From Rhodosorus marinus CCMP1338 (lineage: Eukaryota > Plantae > Rhodophyta): a DNA stretch of 64,000 nucleotides. The DNA lies in NCBI GenBank assembly GCA_029953675.1, contig JAMWBK010000008.1, positions 248,001-312,000 of the forward strand, written 5' to 3'. The notes below the pieces were generated by a model. It did no database searches. It worked only from the letters and a program-made list of their open reading frames with translations, and had not been told where the DNA came from. Both the position numbers and the translations under genes were made by a program. Shown in pieces: positions 50,735 to 63,614 of the stretch. The stretch's first letter is position 1. Each line of letters opens with the position of its first letter.

Positions 50735-51473
50735 ATGAGAATCGCGTTCTCATTTACGCACGTAGAGTACGAGTCTGGAGATCCGATAGGATGGATTCTT
50801 GCGTTGGTAAGGGAGGACTCAAAAACGATCGACGCAGTCTAAACTATGTTTGTTTCATGAGAGCTTGTATTCTTGAAGACCCATCCTAATTGAGAGCCTT
50901 ACCATCACGTTTGAACAGGTGAGTTTGGCACCCTTTTTTGTCCTTGCCTTCCTTGCTACTTTGACGGTTTTCCGTCGAGAGGTTCATGCACTGTGCTGCG
51001 GCATAGGACTTGTAGCAAATGACATCCTCAGCTCTCGGTTGAAAAAGGTTAGTTTATCTATTGCTTCTTTAGAGGCGTTTGCGGCGAGGCCTCCAAATGC
51101 TCCTATGGATGGAGGCGGGCTACCATCGTCACATGCCCAGTTCGCTGGATTCGTACTGGGATACTCGTTCTTCCTACCAGCAAATGCTAGGCTTCTACGG
51201 GCCCTTAGCGTCCTATTTTTAACCCTGACTTGCGTTTCTCGATGGTACCTCAACTATCATTCCCCAATGCAAGTTCTTGCAGGCAGTCTGGTCGGGATCG
51301 TGCTAGGAGCCGCCTGTTCAATCCAGACTAGCCACTCCATCGTGGATCGCGTAGAGAAATCAAGCTTCGGATCTCGCTTGCACCTTAGAGACAGTCTAAG
51401 GTCACCTCAAATTTTCGCAAAAGAGAGGGAACTCACTCTGACCACACGGACAGAACAAAGGAAAACTGAATGA
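50735..51473 (+). CDS. DOLPP1: Dolichyldiphosphatase (PAP2 family)
   Basis: FSFTHVEYESGDPIG, RP motif, GLPSSHAQFAGF, SRWYLNYHSPMQVLAG. Intron 50807-50918. Confidence 0.9.
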
Positions 51474-51567
51474 TTAAAAAACACAACCCAGGAAATCGAG
51501 AACTAGAACGCGACTGAGAACGCGCGCTCTAGTCTTGGCGCTCTCAATCATCGCCTACCTTGTCATG

Positions 51568-54500
51568 CCACCGCCAATCGTTTCGCAAAGCCTTGAATCG
51601 CATGACAACGAAGATCGTCCAGATCCTCTTCGTCGGTGCAGGCGCCCTCAAACCACTCGTCCTTACTGCGCTAAGCCCCTAGTCGTCTCCAACATGTCTG
51701 CACAATCTCAAGTAGGTGCCGGGGAAACGCGCTCTTTGATCGCTGCCTGCAAGGTATCGAGCGAGGCACTATCACCCACCGTCTGCAGTTGAGCCAGCAG
51801 CGCGTCCGCAGCATTGTATCCGAAACACTCGTAGTCGGAAGAATGTACAGTTGCCATGAGAACGTTACAGGCCTCTTGGTTGCACCCGTAACGGAGAAGC
51901 AGGGGAACAACTTGAGCAAGGTTCCCCTTTCCAGCCGCTTGGTCAATCAACCATTGTGGCGGTGATAAAGCACCGCCGCTCGCAGCCAGGACACCCTCCA
52001 GCGCGATGAAACTATAGTTTCTAGTAGCTTTTGGCCAATCCCGGAGCAAGTTTAACGTGGAATCAAGCAGGTTCCATTTGTCGAGAATCACTGCGGTGGA
52101 CGCCGATGCTCTAGTTACCTGGTCAACCGGAGAGTCCTTTTCTTAGGCAAACGAACTCCTCGTGGTGTTTCATAGGGTCTTCGTGCTCACCTGCACCGTC
52201 AGGTTCTCGTTAATTCCCGCATTGGCCCACGCTATAGCCAGTCTCGTGGCTGGTTCAACTTGTTCTGAAATTTGCACAAACGATCTCACGTCAATAGTCG
52301 TCGATTTCTGTTCGAAGGGAGCCAAACCGGCTTCGCCTCTTTGAAACGGTGAAAATGGTATCATCGTACGATAAAGACAAAGCCTCGCGATCGCATATTC
52401 AACAGCTTCGATGTTCTCTTGAAGCGGAGGTTCTGCTCCGTCCGTGCCATCGCGAGCAATGATCACCGCCTGGGCATTCGCTAGAAGCGAAAGGCGCTCC
52501 AGATGTTCGGGCCCGACGACCGGCACCTTGGAGTCACCCACAGCGTCCAGAAGCTCATGCAGCGCAAGCGACTCCAGTGTCACTTGTTCGTGTTCCATCA
52601 TAACGTCGCTCTCATCCAAGGTGAGCGTCGAGGTAATCCTGTCACGACTCTCTAACGTCAGTAGCATGAAAAAAACCAGACGCACCAAATGTTCGGTACT
52701 CATCACGTACTCAGCTGGGTTCGAAGTGAGAAGGACAGCACCCTTGGTTACGGTAGTCGGAATAATCTGTTGGCCAGGATGCAACAACTTGAGAGCTCCC
52801 AATGCAGAGGATAGTGCGGATGCTCTTCCCTGCGTCCACAAATCAAGCTTGGTGCCGTGCACTCGCTCCTCCAAAAGACGTCTAGCCCATTCATAAGCAC
52901 TTGCGGCTACACCCGCGGTGTCTCCTCTCACCATATCCCAGGCCATGACGTCCTGTCAAGGATGTTTGTGGAGCGCAAGAAAACCAGATCCAAGGTCGAT
53001 GTCCAGAATTCAGAAAAATCGATTCTCCGGAAGATCGACGGTGACCACGAGTACCTCGTATGGAGATTTTCCAGATCCAAGCATGGCTATAACATCAGAG
53101 CTCCTTGCCATCCTCAACAGTGCGACTTTGACCGCGCTAGATACTGTCTCAGGAAGCGCACACGAAGCAAACCACTCCAGCTTTCCTGCAGAAAGCACTG
53201 CGTTGGCGATGCTTCCGATCATATCTCTCAGCGACAGCGCTTCATCGGCTTCGTCCTCAGTCCAAAAATCTGTTCCGCACATGAGATTGTACTGGCCGTC
53301 AGCTAACAGTCCGCAAACACTGGCACCATTGCGATGAACATCTGCTCACCTTTAAAATGCTCTCTTGTGTCTTCCTTCCTCGGTCTGAACGGTGGATACA
53401 AGACCGCGGCCAGGGCCTTTTCAACGTCGCCAATGTCAAGAAACCTTTGAAATACAACGCTTCGCATCACGCCATAATTCCTTCTCGTTGATGCGTATTG
53501 CATGGCATCCACCGCGGCAGTCGCGGCAGCCTTGATGGCTCGCACGGATTCGAGCATTCTCACGACGCGCTCGCGATACCAAAACTCAAGATTTTCCTTA
53601 TCGTTCCCTGTACGTAACCACCATAAACGTCAGCACCCATTCTGTCTCGATATGGCCCTACGAGCAGCAACCCAGAAGTACGGCTCGTACTTGCGCCGTC
53701 GCAGCTCACCTAGGATGTCACTCAATCCCACCAGCTTCTCAATCGTCTGTATGTCCTCACTCTCCCTCGGCTGCTCGGGCAGAGCACTCGCTCCATCGAG
53801 GAACATGTTGAGAATTTCATCGGCTTCTGTATCGGCCTTGTGACGCGTCTCTGGCTCAGCGAGTGATTTGGGGTTGCTGAAAGAAGCACAACGAACAAAA
53901 ACAGGAGCAGACCCTTGTCAGTTGTGGTGAAAGATGGACTCCACTCAAGCTACGTAAGGGGGAGGGGAAGGGGGGGTGCAGAAAAGTTTTGGTGGATTCG
54001 TACTACCGCAGGCTGTAGTCCGAGAGGGCTGAGATTCCGGCAGCGAAGTGAGAAGACGCTGGTAGTCTTTCTGCAGTGCGAGCGGCTGCCTCGGCCAGCG
54101 TGCCATACTCTTGGATAGCCACTAAGAAACGAAGAAGCAGCGGAGCAGGTATCATCGTAGAGCAGATTTCTTGAAGACAGCTTTCAAAGCTCCATTCTGA
54201 AATATCTTCTCCTTGCCTTTCCAAGTTCTCCTGCACATAGCTAGAAGCACGATAAGGATCCGCGAGCCGTCTCAGCAAGTGAAACAGCCCTTTCGTACAA
54301 TTCCTGCAAAAACTTTGCGCGCGGACAACTCACCGGGCTGCGATTGATGCCAACCCGAGGTCCATGTTGGCATCTGAGGGCCTGCGGAGAATTGGAATAG
54401 CTGAGGAGCCCTCCTGATCCCCACATGATACTACTTGCAGTGCAGATACTCCTGCCAGCATCCAAGCCCAGGCTCCCCTGGCGATGCTAGATGATTCGTC

Positions 54501-56800
54501 CACAGCCCGCATTTCTGCTATCCCCCCGCTTCGACCTAAACCAAGCACGGTGGTCCCTTTTTCAAGTAAGCAATTCTTGAACCTGCACCACCTTTCTGTC
54601 AAGACTGCGCACCAGCAAGGAGGTACGCCCTCTCCTGCGGGAGACACGGACGAACAACAGAAACACCAAGACCACGAATTATACTAGACATTCCCTGAGG
54701 TGCTGTTCCAGCTCCTATGATCCTGGCCTCAGTTGCCACGGTCGCTCTCGTGGCTCTCCGAATCACCTGGGCCACGATATCATTTTTGTCCCGACCAGGG
54801 TCCTTCATCCTAGAACGAGTGCGAACCTCAGTTTGTCAAATTAACCGACTCGATGCAAGGCCCTTGTAGGAGAAAACGGTAAGAACCTACTCCTGCTCCT
54901 TGATAAACTCCTTCACGAGAACTGTCAGATCCCGCCTTGACACAGATGCTTCAAGAGGCACTTGAATCGCTTTCGCAATAGCCGCGTCCGTGAACCTCCT
55001 ACACAGCACAACGATGTTATTTAGCTCCTCCCCGCAAGAGTAAAAAACCCATCCTGTCGAGGAAATGAAAGCAGCAGTTTCTTACCCAGGAGAGAAGAGG
55101 ACATCTTCAACTGATGCCACCAGAGGATCTGTCTTCCTCCAGCATCCTTCTTCGCTCAGGTCGTCCGTCAATGACCAGACCTAGGCATCTCACAAGGGTC
55201 TTGTTATGAGAAAACCCATGAACGGGATGTGCAGGAGAACTCCCAGGGGGAAGTAACAGCTCACCTCCTCTTCGCGTGCCTCAGTGTCCATTGTAGATAC
55301 TCTCTGTAAACTTCCATCGGAGTAGACGATTCTAGCCTCAGTCGAACTGAGCTTAGCAACGCCAGCGATGGTGTCGGTGCCTGTGAGCATTTCGCTGTTA
55401 ATAACCTTCTCCTGCACTCGGATAGAAGGTCCATTACAAGAAACGACCGCTGCAGAAGTTTGGGAGGAATCAGCTTGATCAATACACAGTCCAAGGACAA
55501 ATGTGCTTCCATCAAGCGCGGCCGCTTCTGATCTTCTACTTGTGGAAAGTTCGGATCGCAAGTTGTGGCGTAGATAAACGGGGCTTGCGCCAGGACCTGA
55601 CAGATGCCATGCCAGGACTGATCCACTCGAAGTGACGAAAAGAACAGTCTGGAGAAGACACAGTAGTTGCGGTAGATTAGCCGGTTTGATTCACTTCAGG
55701 TTGGCGTAAACATTGAATCGCGTGAAGCAGGTACTACCTTTGTCTGAGAATCCTCTGCGAGCTTTGCCAAAACTACTCTGTCTGGTTTTGACTTCTTCTC
55801 CGCTCCGAAAAATTTCCCTCTTAGAAAACCACCCCCAGAAGAGGAGTTCTGAGCTTTTCCCTTGCTGAAAATTTCTTCAGATCTGCCTCGTTCATCGAGG
55901 ACGAAGATTCCTCCAGTAGCCGTAGCCGCAAATGACCCACCGTCAGCAATAATGTCTATCTCGGACTCCAGCGAAGAATATTCGATGGTTTTCACTTCGG
56001 AAATGCTGATTTCTGGTACCTGAATCGCAACCTTAATGACAGACTTGCCACATGGCACCGCAACAACTAGTCACAAGAGATCCATGCCGCGTCAGGTCCA
56101 GGGGCTAAGGAAGCAAGTCCTTCAAAATTTTCTGCGTGTGAAAACCTACTCAAACTTTGTGGCCTTAGAACTATATCCGGCCTGCCAGATACCCCTGAAG
56201 GCAATAGTAAGTGAAGAGGCTCCACGGTCTCATCGATCCCCAGCGTGATTGACTCAGAATTGCATCTCACGGTCAACATCCGAGAGGTATCCAGCACGAA
56301 CGAAGTGGCCCAATCTTCAGTGGATCCACCCCCACAACCGTCCCCAAGCATGTATGCATTGTAGGACCTTGGGAAAGCCACGAACAAACTCTCCCGGAGA
56401 TCCATCTTCAAACTCAACTAGCCAAAAGCGTCCACCCCGCAAAAAAGGCACAGAACAGATATCGCCTGATAACGCCTAGCACAGATTCCTTCTTAGATCA
56501 TCGTTTTGAGAAAACCTAGTCTCATCTACGAACCACCAAAAGCATTTGCAACTGTCCACCGCCTTCCCGCCCACGATCATGACTGAACTCAATCCACTGA
56601 TGACAGAAGACCTCATCGCTGATCAGCTATTCACAACCTGTTTCATATCCACATACAAGCACCTCGTTCGCACAGATACATACGCGCATGCTCGCAGCCT
56701 GCACCCAAACCCTATCCGTCAGCATCTCCGATCAACCCGAACCTTCCTTCCCCGAGGTACAGATACATGTGAACTACCAATGCGCAATGCCCCGCCGGGA
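51568..56800 (-). CDS. NUP160: Nucleoporin Nup160/Nup120-like, large multi-exon gene; both ends approximate
   Basis: Beta-propeller-like N-terminal half and helical C-terminal half. Nup160-type motifs: VFQRFLDIGDVEKAL, LLRMARSSD...PYEVL, SAYEWARRL, PQWLID...VPLLLRYG..EAC...YNAADALLAQL. Confidence 0.75.
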
Positions 56801-57835
56801 GTTTGCAGAAAACCTCTAGGTGAACACAACGGCACCTAAGGAGGCTTGTGGGGTAGAAGAGACGTTCGCTTGGTACCCATCATCTTGGAGAATCGGACTA
56901 AGCAACCATGGTCATTTCCATCCAAAGCTGGTCAAGACAGTCTATTTCGTGGAACATGGATTGGTTCCTTTTCTGAGTGATCTGGATTTTGTATTGTAAG
57001 AGTGACTTAAAGATATGATTTCTAACGCTCTGTCTGATTGTCTTCGGTCCTGGCCGTGCTGTAGCGACTGTCCAGTGCTAACGTCTACATCTCCCACTAC
57101 GTCATTGTAATAATGATTGCTCGCTCAAGTCTCAATCAATTAAACAATGTTTTTGATTGTGCTAAGCAGCGACGTCGTTTCGGAAGGCACTGTTACATGG
57201 ACTGGTACCGGAAGGGGTGGTGTGACGATTTAGCGATTAGTCAGTGGAAAGGTGTCGATAAGGCGTCTCAATAACCGAAATCCTTTAGAGGATCCTCTAC
57301 TTGTCCAGTACACGTCCCTGCCGAATTCCTATTCGTCCTTTCTGGACATCATTTTTTTGGTCCATGAGAAACAGTTCTTAATATTGAGCTCAGACTTGCG
57401 AGCAAAAACGTTGTTGATAATCGGACGCAATATACACGCGCGAGGTGAAAGTTTCATGTGCAAAACTTCCCGGATTGTGCATGTCTCCGATGCGGTCGAC
57501 AAGCTTGGTTGGGTTGCGCGAATCTCGTCTTCGGGATTCCAGATGGTGTGTTGTTTCCAGGTCGCTATTTTAAGGAGCTTACCCAGCTCATCGACTCTGA
57601 AAGACTGGAAAATGCTGAGCTTGCTCTGTGATATATCCTGTTCTTGATCGCAAGCTTTTAGTCGTTGTCTTGGGATCGACTCTGATCCTTCATCGACCAA
57701 AGGAGGTTGTTTTACATTGAATTATCACTGATCTCTTTTAGCTTCCCGGCACGACCTGAGTATGTGCAAAGCACATCAACAAGCTGCTGAGCAGTGCTCC
57801 TGTCCATCGAAGGTCTCGTGTCGTATGTACATGAA

Positions 57836-59071
57836 TCAAAATCTAAAAGGTTAGTATCAGGCACCAGTGGCTAATCCTCGGAAAATACAGATCTTATCGG
57901 AACTCCATGTAATGGCTGTCCTTTTCAGGTCACGTCGCTACCGGAAGGAGCTCGAAGATCCACCAAAGAAGCCCTTCATAACTTCTGACATCATGTCTTG
58001 CATTGTGTTTCCTCCGGGCTTTACGCCAAAATACATCTCCGCGACGAGGTCCAACTTTTTCTGTACACTCTGATCCTCTTTGTTCAGTATGAGGTTGTAA
58101 TGTTCCCTCAATTTTGCCATGAGAGGATAAGCACCTTGCCTGAGGTCGACAGATGCGTTCACAAAAACCAGAGACGTCACGTGAGTAATTCCATTCAACC
58201 TCCGAGACATGTCATGCATGCCAGAGAATCGCACTAGGGTTGCTCCTATACCTCTGAATAATCTTAAGCAGCATATCAGAGAAAGCTATTTGGGACGCCA
58301 GCAAATCAGCACCGCCTTCGTCCGATTTTCGCTTAAGCTTGTTGATGCTCACAACCACTATGGCATCAGCGAGGTTGCCGCTTGTTAGGTAGGCCAAGAC
58401 CGCTCTTACAACAACCAGCGGTGACTTGGGATCATTAGCAGCAGAGTTGGACCACTCATGTACCATCAATCCGCATCTCTGCGGAGCAGGGGATCGAACG
58501 AAAAAGTCGAGCGCTGAGGAAAACGAAGATTGCTTCCAAAGGGCTAAAAAAGGAGAGCAGTCGAAAACGATGAGGGTGATTTTCAGTTCGCTTTGCAAGT
58601 AAATGAGTACGTGGTCAGTGGGGATAACCTACCCTCAGCCGTCATCAGGTTGAGCAGCTCATCTCCGTACATTCTTTCACCCAATCCTTCCTTCTTGGAA
58701 AAGTCCACACAAGCCCTGAGCAATCTGACTAGTTCAGACTGCTCATCAGCTTCCAGTTTATGCTTCTCATAAGCATTTATCAAAGCGAAGAGATTCTCCT
58801 TGCTGTCTCGATACATAACCATATCCTCTATAAGCGTCTTGACGAGCTCCAGCCCCAGCGAGGTCCCCGAATGTATTGCCCCTCGGTCAATAAGCGCCAT
58901 GGAACCCTCCAGTATCATATCCCGACCCGCTTTCTCGGCCTCGCTTTTGTCAACATCTTTGCGCGTCCTCATCCGATGCACAATCGTCAAGCACGTCTGC
59001 TCAGCAGTGTACAAATCGTCAGATGCCAGAGCACTCTCATACCGTTTTCGCAGAAACTTTACTGATCCCAT
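57836..59071 (-). CDS. GET4: Golgi-to-ER traffic protein 4 (DUF410), multi-exon
   Basis: LYTAEQTCLTIVHR, SGTSLGL, YGDELLNL, VRAVLAYL..GNL, LREHY, LDLVAEMYFGV. The stop is at 57938, or at 57836 through a last intron with a TACTAAC branch point. Confidence 0.88.
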
Positions 59072-59309
59072 CGCATATCTTTCATCTAACCCAAACCCCA
59101 AAAGACTGACTGAGCAACAACGGTACCAAGCTAGACCCTCTGTTCCATATCAAAAGGAGCAAATAAAAAAAAGAACAGCAAAACCCAAAAACCCCTCCAA
59201 CCAACTTCCGCTATCTCAATCTACCCTTTTCCCCCTCTACGTCTACATCGTCAAAGATCCGTTCGGAAAACGAACCACACCGTCACATCCACCAAACCTT
59301 CTTCCAAAA

Positions 59310-59460
59310 TAGATAATGATTGAAGCAATCAATATAATAGTTTCAATTCTGGAAATAATATAGATAATGATTGATACAATCAATATAATAGTTTCAATTC
59401 CGTAAAATAATATAGATAATGATTGAGGCAATCAATATAATTTTTCAATTCTGGAGATAA
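59310..59460. repeat. AT-rich minisatellite, 3 copies of a 51-52 bp unit
   Basis: Unit TAGATAATGATTGA..CAATCAATATAAT..TTTCAATTC.G.AA starts at 59310, 59361 and 59413. Confidence 0.95.
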
Positions 59461-59559
59461 AAAATAAGGATCAGTCAAAAATTTGGAGGAACGTTAGGAA
59501 AACGTGGTTTTTGCTGGATATCAATCTCTTTCACCCGCTGGTTAGCGTTCCTCTTTTAG

Positions 59560-59950
59560 GGTCTTGACTTTCGGGTTTAGAGTCTGGAAGGCATTCTGGC
59601 CAGGCATCGGGCGGGGGCTCGAGGAGCTGATCGATCTTTGGAAGAGGATGTTTTAAAAGGAGGTGTGATTTGTGTTTATATTTATGTAGCCTGCACGCAG
59701 GCGAAGGGGGTGTTGTTCTTCTTAACGCGGGTATATCTGACAAACCCGCGCTCCAGCTCAGTAGACGTTGGCCTGGTAGAAGCGATCTAGGAGTTGATCG
59801 ATCTTGGGCAGCGGGTATTTCAAATGAGCCGCTAGTGTGATTATTCTTCGATCTATGCACATACGAGGTGCCTCTTGACGAAGAGAACGGGGCCCCGCTC
59901 CGCGAGACTATACAATGGTAGATGGGATCGCAGCTCGTTTGAAGCATCTA
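59560..59950 (-). mobile_element. Decayed Ty3/gypsy reverse transcriptase fragment(s)
   Basis: GPVLFVK, RMCID, KYPLPKIDQLLDRF, GF.QI, RVK...TPFA, a second KHPLPKIDQLLE, then MPGQNAFQ (~MPFGLxNAPATFQ). Confidence 0.75.
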
Positions 59951-60894
59951 CTTCAACGCATAGATCAACCCATGGACCGCCTGGGCCTGGCGAGAGTCTT
60001 TTCCAGACTAAACCCAAGTCAGGACACAGGCAGCTGAGGGTGAAAGGGACTGACTTACCCGAAGACGCAATGTTCTTTGTCGGTCATCCCCAAAGACGAT
60101 TGGTGGCTAAGCGAAGTACTGTAAGCTTGCGTGGCAAAGATCACCACCTTACGCGTAACCACAGTCTGCTTGCCATCTGGACATTCTTGCTTGGGCTTCT
60201 CCAGAGCTTTCGTGTTCCCGGACTTGTGAATGTCTAAATTTACACACCGGTTGGAGCTTGCAAAGAGAAAACTAGGACAGATGCGTTCTATCGAGTTCCA
60301 GCCCCGTCCATGGTCTCTTGTGTCTAATTTACAAGGCAGGCTGTTTCAAGTTCTATGCTTTTTGAACACTCACAACAGCAGACGCAGTTGGACGAGCAGA
60401 TTATGTTTGCGTTGGAATGTTTTGCAGACGCGGCCGCGAGCCAAATCTGATAGGAAGCACATTCGTTCGTTGCCTTTCGTGCAGCTTTATTCTGTCTTTT
60501 TTAAAGAATCTCAAGTAGATTACCTTCAATTGAAGGGCGTTTTTCATTTTCACTCGAACACAGATACAGAATCAGTTTTCATTCACTTTGAGAATGCAGC
60601 TCAGTGAAGGCAGTGGTTGTGGAAGGTTCCGGCAGTCAATGGTCCATAAACGGATGCGAGCAGCCATGCAGTCTCAGTCGCAATGAGAGAATTCTTGGTG
60701 CTCTCGATCCTCGTTCCCAGGAACCCACATCAACCCCTCCCCTTCCCCTTGGACTGGGATCCAGGTTTCCCGGTGCCGAGAGTTTCTATCGAAGTCGGAA
60801 TTCGCTGTCAGCAAAGTAAGCAAAGCAGTATCGTCAAATGCTCCAATCCCAGTTAGTTCATCTCTTGGCTTTTCAGCTGGTTTCGCAGTCATGG

Positions 60895-61972
60895 TTACTC
60901 GTCATCCAGGGGTGGACGCTCAAGCAACATCTCTCGAAGTACAATTCGGATTTCGTTGGTGTCGTCTCCACGAAGGACGCACTTTGTGTATTTGCACTCA
61001 ACCTTCATTTGCACCTGATTAGAATTAAAGTGGATGATAAGCAATACACAGAACCCTTCGAACTCGCTAGTATTGTTCAATTTATGATACGAACCATTTC
61101 GTACGCGCCGCGGATGATTCCGCATAGAATATTTGCATACCAGAGATCGCTATACCGGTCCTGAGCAAGAAAAGAAATGAAACCGACGTTCAGGAACTTT
61201 TTGTGCCGTCGGTGGCTCTTTATAAGGCTCGAAAGAGTCCTGATTCTCTACGGAGTCTTTTCTTACAGGAAGCTCGGTAAACTCGGTTAAAGGATTGTCA
61301 TCGAACTGCAGGCTATAGGAAAGTGAGCCCAACATTACACAACTCATTAGACCATGAGAAGATTTGCGGGGAAAAGTTGGTTTCAACCATACTCAGGCAT
61401 ACCTGAACTCCGTCTTGTCTGAATTCCAGTCAACCGTGTTCGCAACAACACCCAAGTACATTTTGAATGCAACCTTTGCGACGATCTCCGCAGAGTCCAC
61501 AAATGACGAGATCGTATCTATGCCAGAGTCAAGATAACCTGCAATAAGAAATCGTGGACCAAGCAGCAGAAGCTTTTCGCCAACGCTTACAGATTTTCGA
61601 ATTTGCAATGACATCCTCGATGAGGCGGATTCCTTGAAATAATCCAAGAAGTAAAGACAGTCAGCTCCTCTAGAGCGAAAGCGGACCAGAAATAACCGAT
61701 GTATCCGAAGGACTTACCTATGTTGTATCCCATCTGGTCTAACTGTTTATTGACCTCATCAGGTTCTTCATAATCGACCAGCAGTTGCTTAACAGTACTC
61801 CCATAACTACAACCATTTCGAGAGATAGCTTAGAGCCAAAAACGAAAAATCTCCCATCAAGCTCTTCCAGATCGCTCAAAATAACTTACGTCAAAGCGAG
61901 GAGCTCAGCGCTAACTCGATCCGAACTCTGAAAAACAGTCTCCCCGAGACGCTGCAAGTTCACTTTTGACAT
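60895..61972 (-). CDS. BET3: TRAPP complex subunit BET3/TRAPPC3, multi-exon
   Basis: SAELLALTYGSTVKQLL.DYE, LDQMGYNIGIRLIED, AKVAFKMYLGV, DNPLTEFTELP, VQMKVECK...LRGDDTNEIRI. Confidence 0.95.
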
Positions 61973-62390
61973 CTTCCTTATCGAAAGCAAAAACAAAAAA
62001 ATCCTTTTCCCAAATGGTTCAGAAGCCTGGTCTACCCTAAATCCAATCAATGGACGCAGACCTGATTCATCTTACCCACAGCACCCGCTTCCCCAAGGCT
62101 CACGAATCCACAGTCACTCCCTTCCATCATCACGCTTTGGAAGACCAAAACTTGCTCCTCATCCTTCTTGATCGGAAGAATCCAAGGATCGATTAGGACG
62201 TGGAGCGGTGGTCGATATGATCAGCTTGAAGAAGTACAAAGCATAGCTTCAATCATTGCTTGTCCTTCCTGTTCTGAGCTCGAACGTCCAGCGTAGGTTG
62301 GTGGTTTCTTGGCGAAGGACTTTTTTTCGAGCATCAAGGGACGATCCAACTCAGCGTCTTTGATTGCTTTGGATGAAAGGTTAGCCGTGC

Positions 62391-63282
62391 ATGATGGAGG
62401 TTGCTTGTCAGAGCGAAAGAGCAAGCTTGCTTTCAACTACTACCGGGAGAAGTCGGATAGTCATCAACAGATTGCTTCTGTCTTTGAGTACGGTGTTTCT
62501 GGTTTTCGGTCTGTTCATGTGGTCGAGCGGAGGAGCGATCGTTCGGGACAGTTTCGAGGGTGTGGGGAGGCGAAGTAGTTCAAAGCAGGTCCATATCCTT
62601 GTGATATCCTTACCAGAATCGGAGCATCCGAACAGTCATCGAATGGCGCGACACGTTCTGGACGGAGCGAGGTCAGTAGTTGGCCTGGACTCGGCAAAGC
62701 TGCTCGAGTCCAATAAGGTCGATTTTGAAAAGGACATCCTGAGCTGGTCCGATGCAGTAGTCGTGGGCTCTCCAGTTTATATGGCTAATCCACATCCAAA
62801 GGTCTGGAATCGACAAGTTTCAATTAGCTTTTGCAGTAGCTGACCTGAAGTCTGCTCAACAATCCACCAGATCCTAGAATTGTTTGGCAATTGGAACTTT
62901 TCCAAAGACCTTTCTGGCAAAGTGGGCGCTGCTTTTGTGAGTGGAGGAGGAATCTCCGGCGGCCAAGAGCATGTCCTCACTGCGCTGTTGATGGCTCTGT
63001 TAGAATATCGGATGATGATCGTTGGAGGCGAACGATGGACAGAAGCTTTTGGCGCAGCAGCAGTCGTAAGCAAGTCATCAATAGGAATACAATGGTATGC
63101 TTATGCTGAATTTCGTCATGTGAACCGTCTGTCGCTCTGCCTCAATTCGGAAAACCGGCACATAATAATAGACCGATGAAGCTCCGTTCTATGACCCCAA
63201 CTTACAGGCACTGTTCCTATCGAAAGCGGAGGGTCTAGGGCGACGGGTCGCAAGCGTTACCTTAAAACTCAACAATTGCTGA
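62391..63282 (+). CDS. WrbA/flavodoxin-like NAD(P)H:quinone oxidoreductase with an N-terminal membrane anchor, 3 exons
   Basis: DAVVVGSPVYMAN, LSGKVGAAFVSGGGISGGQE, YRMMIVGG..AFGAAAV|TDEAPF...FLSKAEGLGRRVA. Hydrophobic segment RLLLSLSTVFLVFGLFMW. Confidence 0.85.
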
Positions 63283-63614
63283 AAGTCTACAGATAATCTC
63301 ACATCGACGAGCACTTCCGAGTCCAGGTAGATATCCTGGGAGTGGACGTGAACTAGGAACTCTACAGACGCATCAGGTCTGGCGTGATCAACACTCTTTG
63401 AAGGCCAGTACTACGGGTCTCCGATGTTTCGGTCAAAAGCTGATGGCGTTTACTTTTGTTTTCAAATTGATAAAATTTCTGTACATGGACAAGGACTCCA
63501 CCCGGAGAACAGGGCAACTACGTGTGTTGGTGCACATCTTCGAGACGCATAACCGGCTGGTCACAGAACTGCGGATATCTGGCATCGCTGCAACTCGGGA
63601 CCAAAAACATAAAT

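Noticed and set aside
59310-59460. CRISPR-like array
   Set aside because: The units are contiguous with no unique spacers, the context is eukaryotic, and no cas genes are present.
60230-60450. Degenerate C2H2 zinc finger on the minus strand (CKTFQRKHNL..., EKPKQECP)
   Set aside because: The Cys/His ligands are missing, and the region adjoins a retroelement relic.
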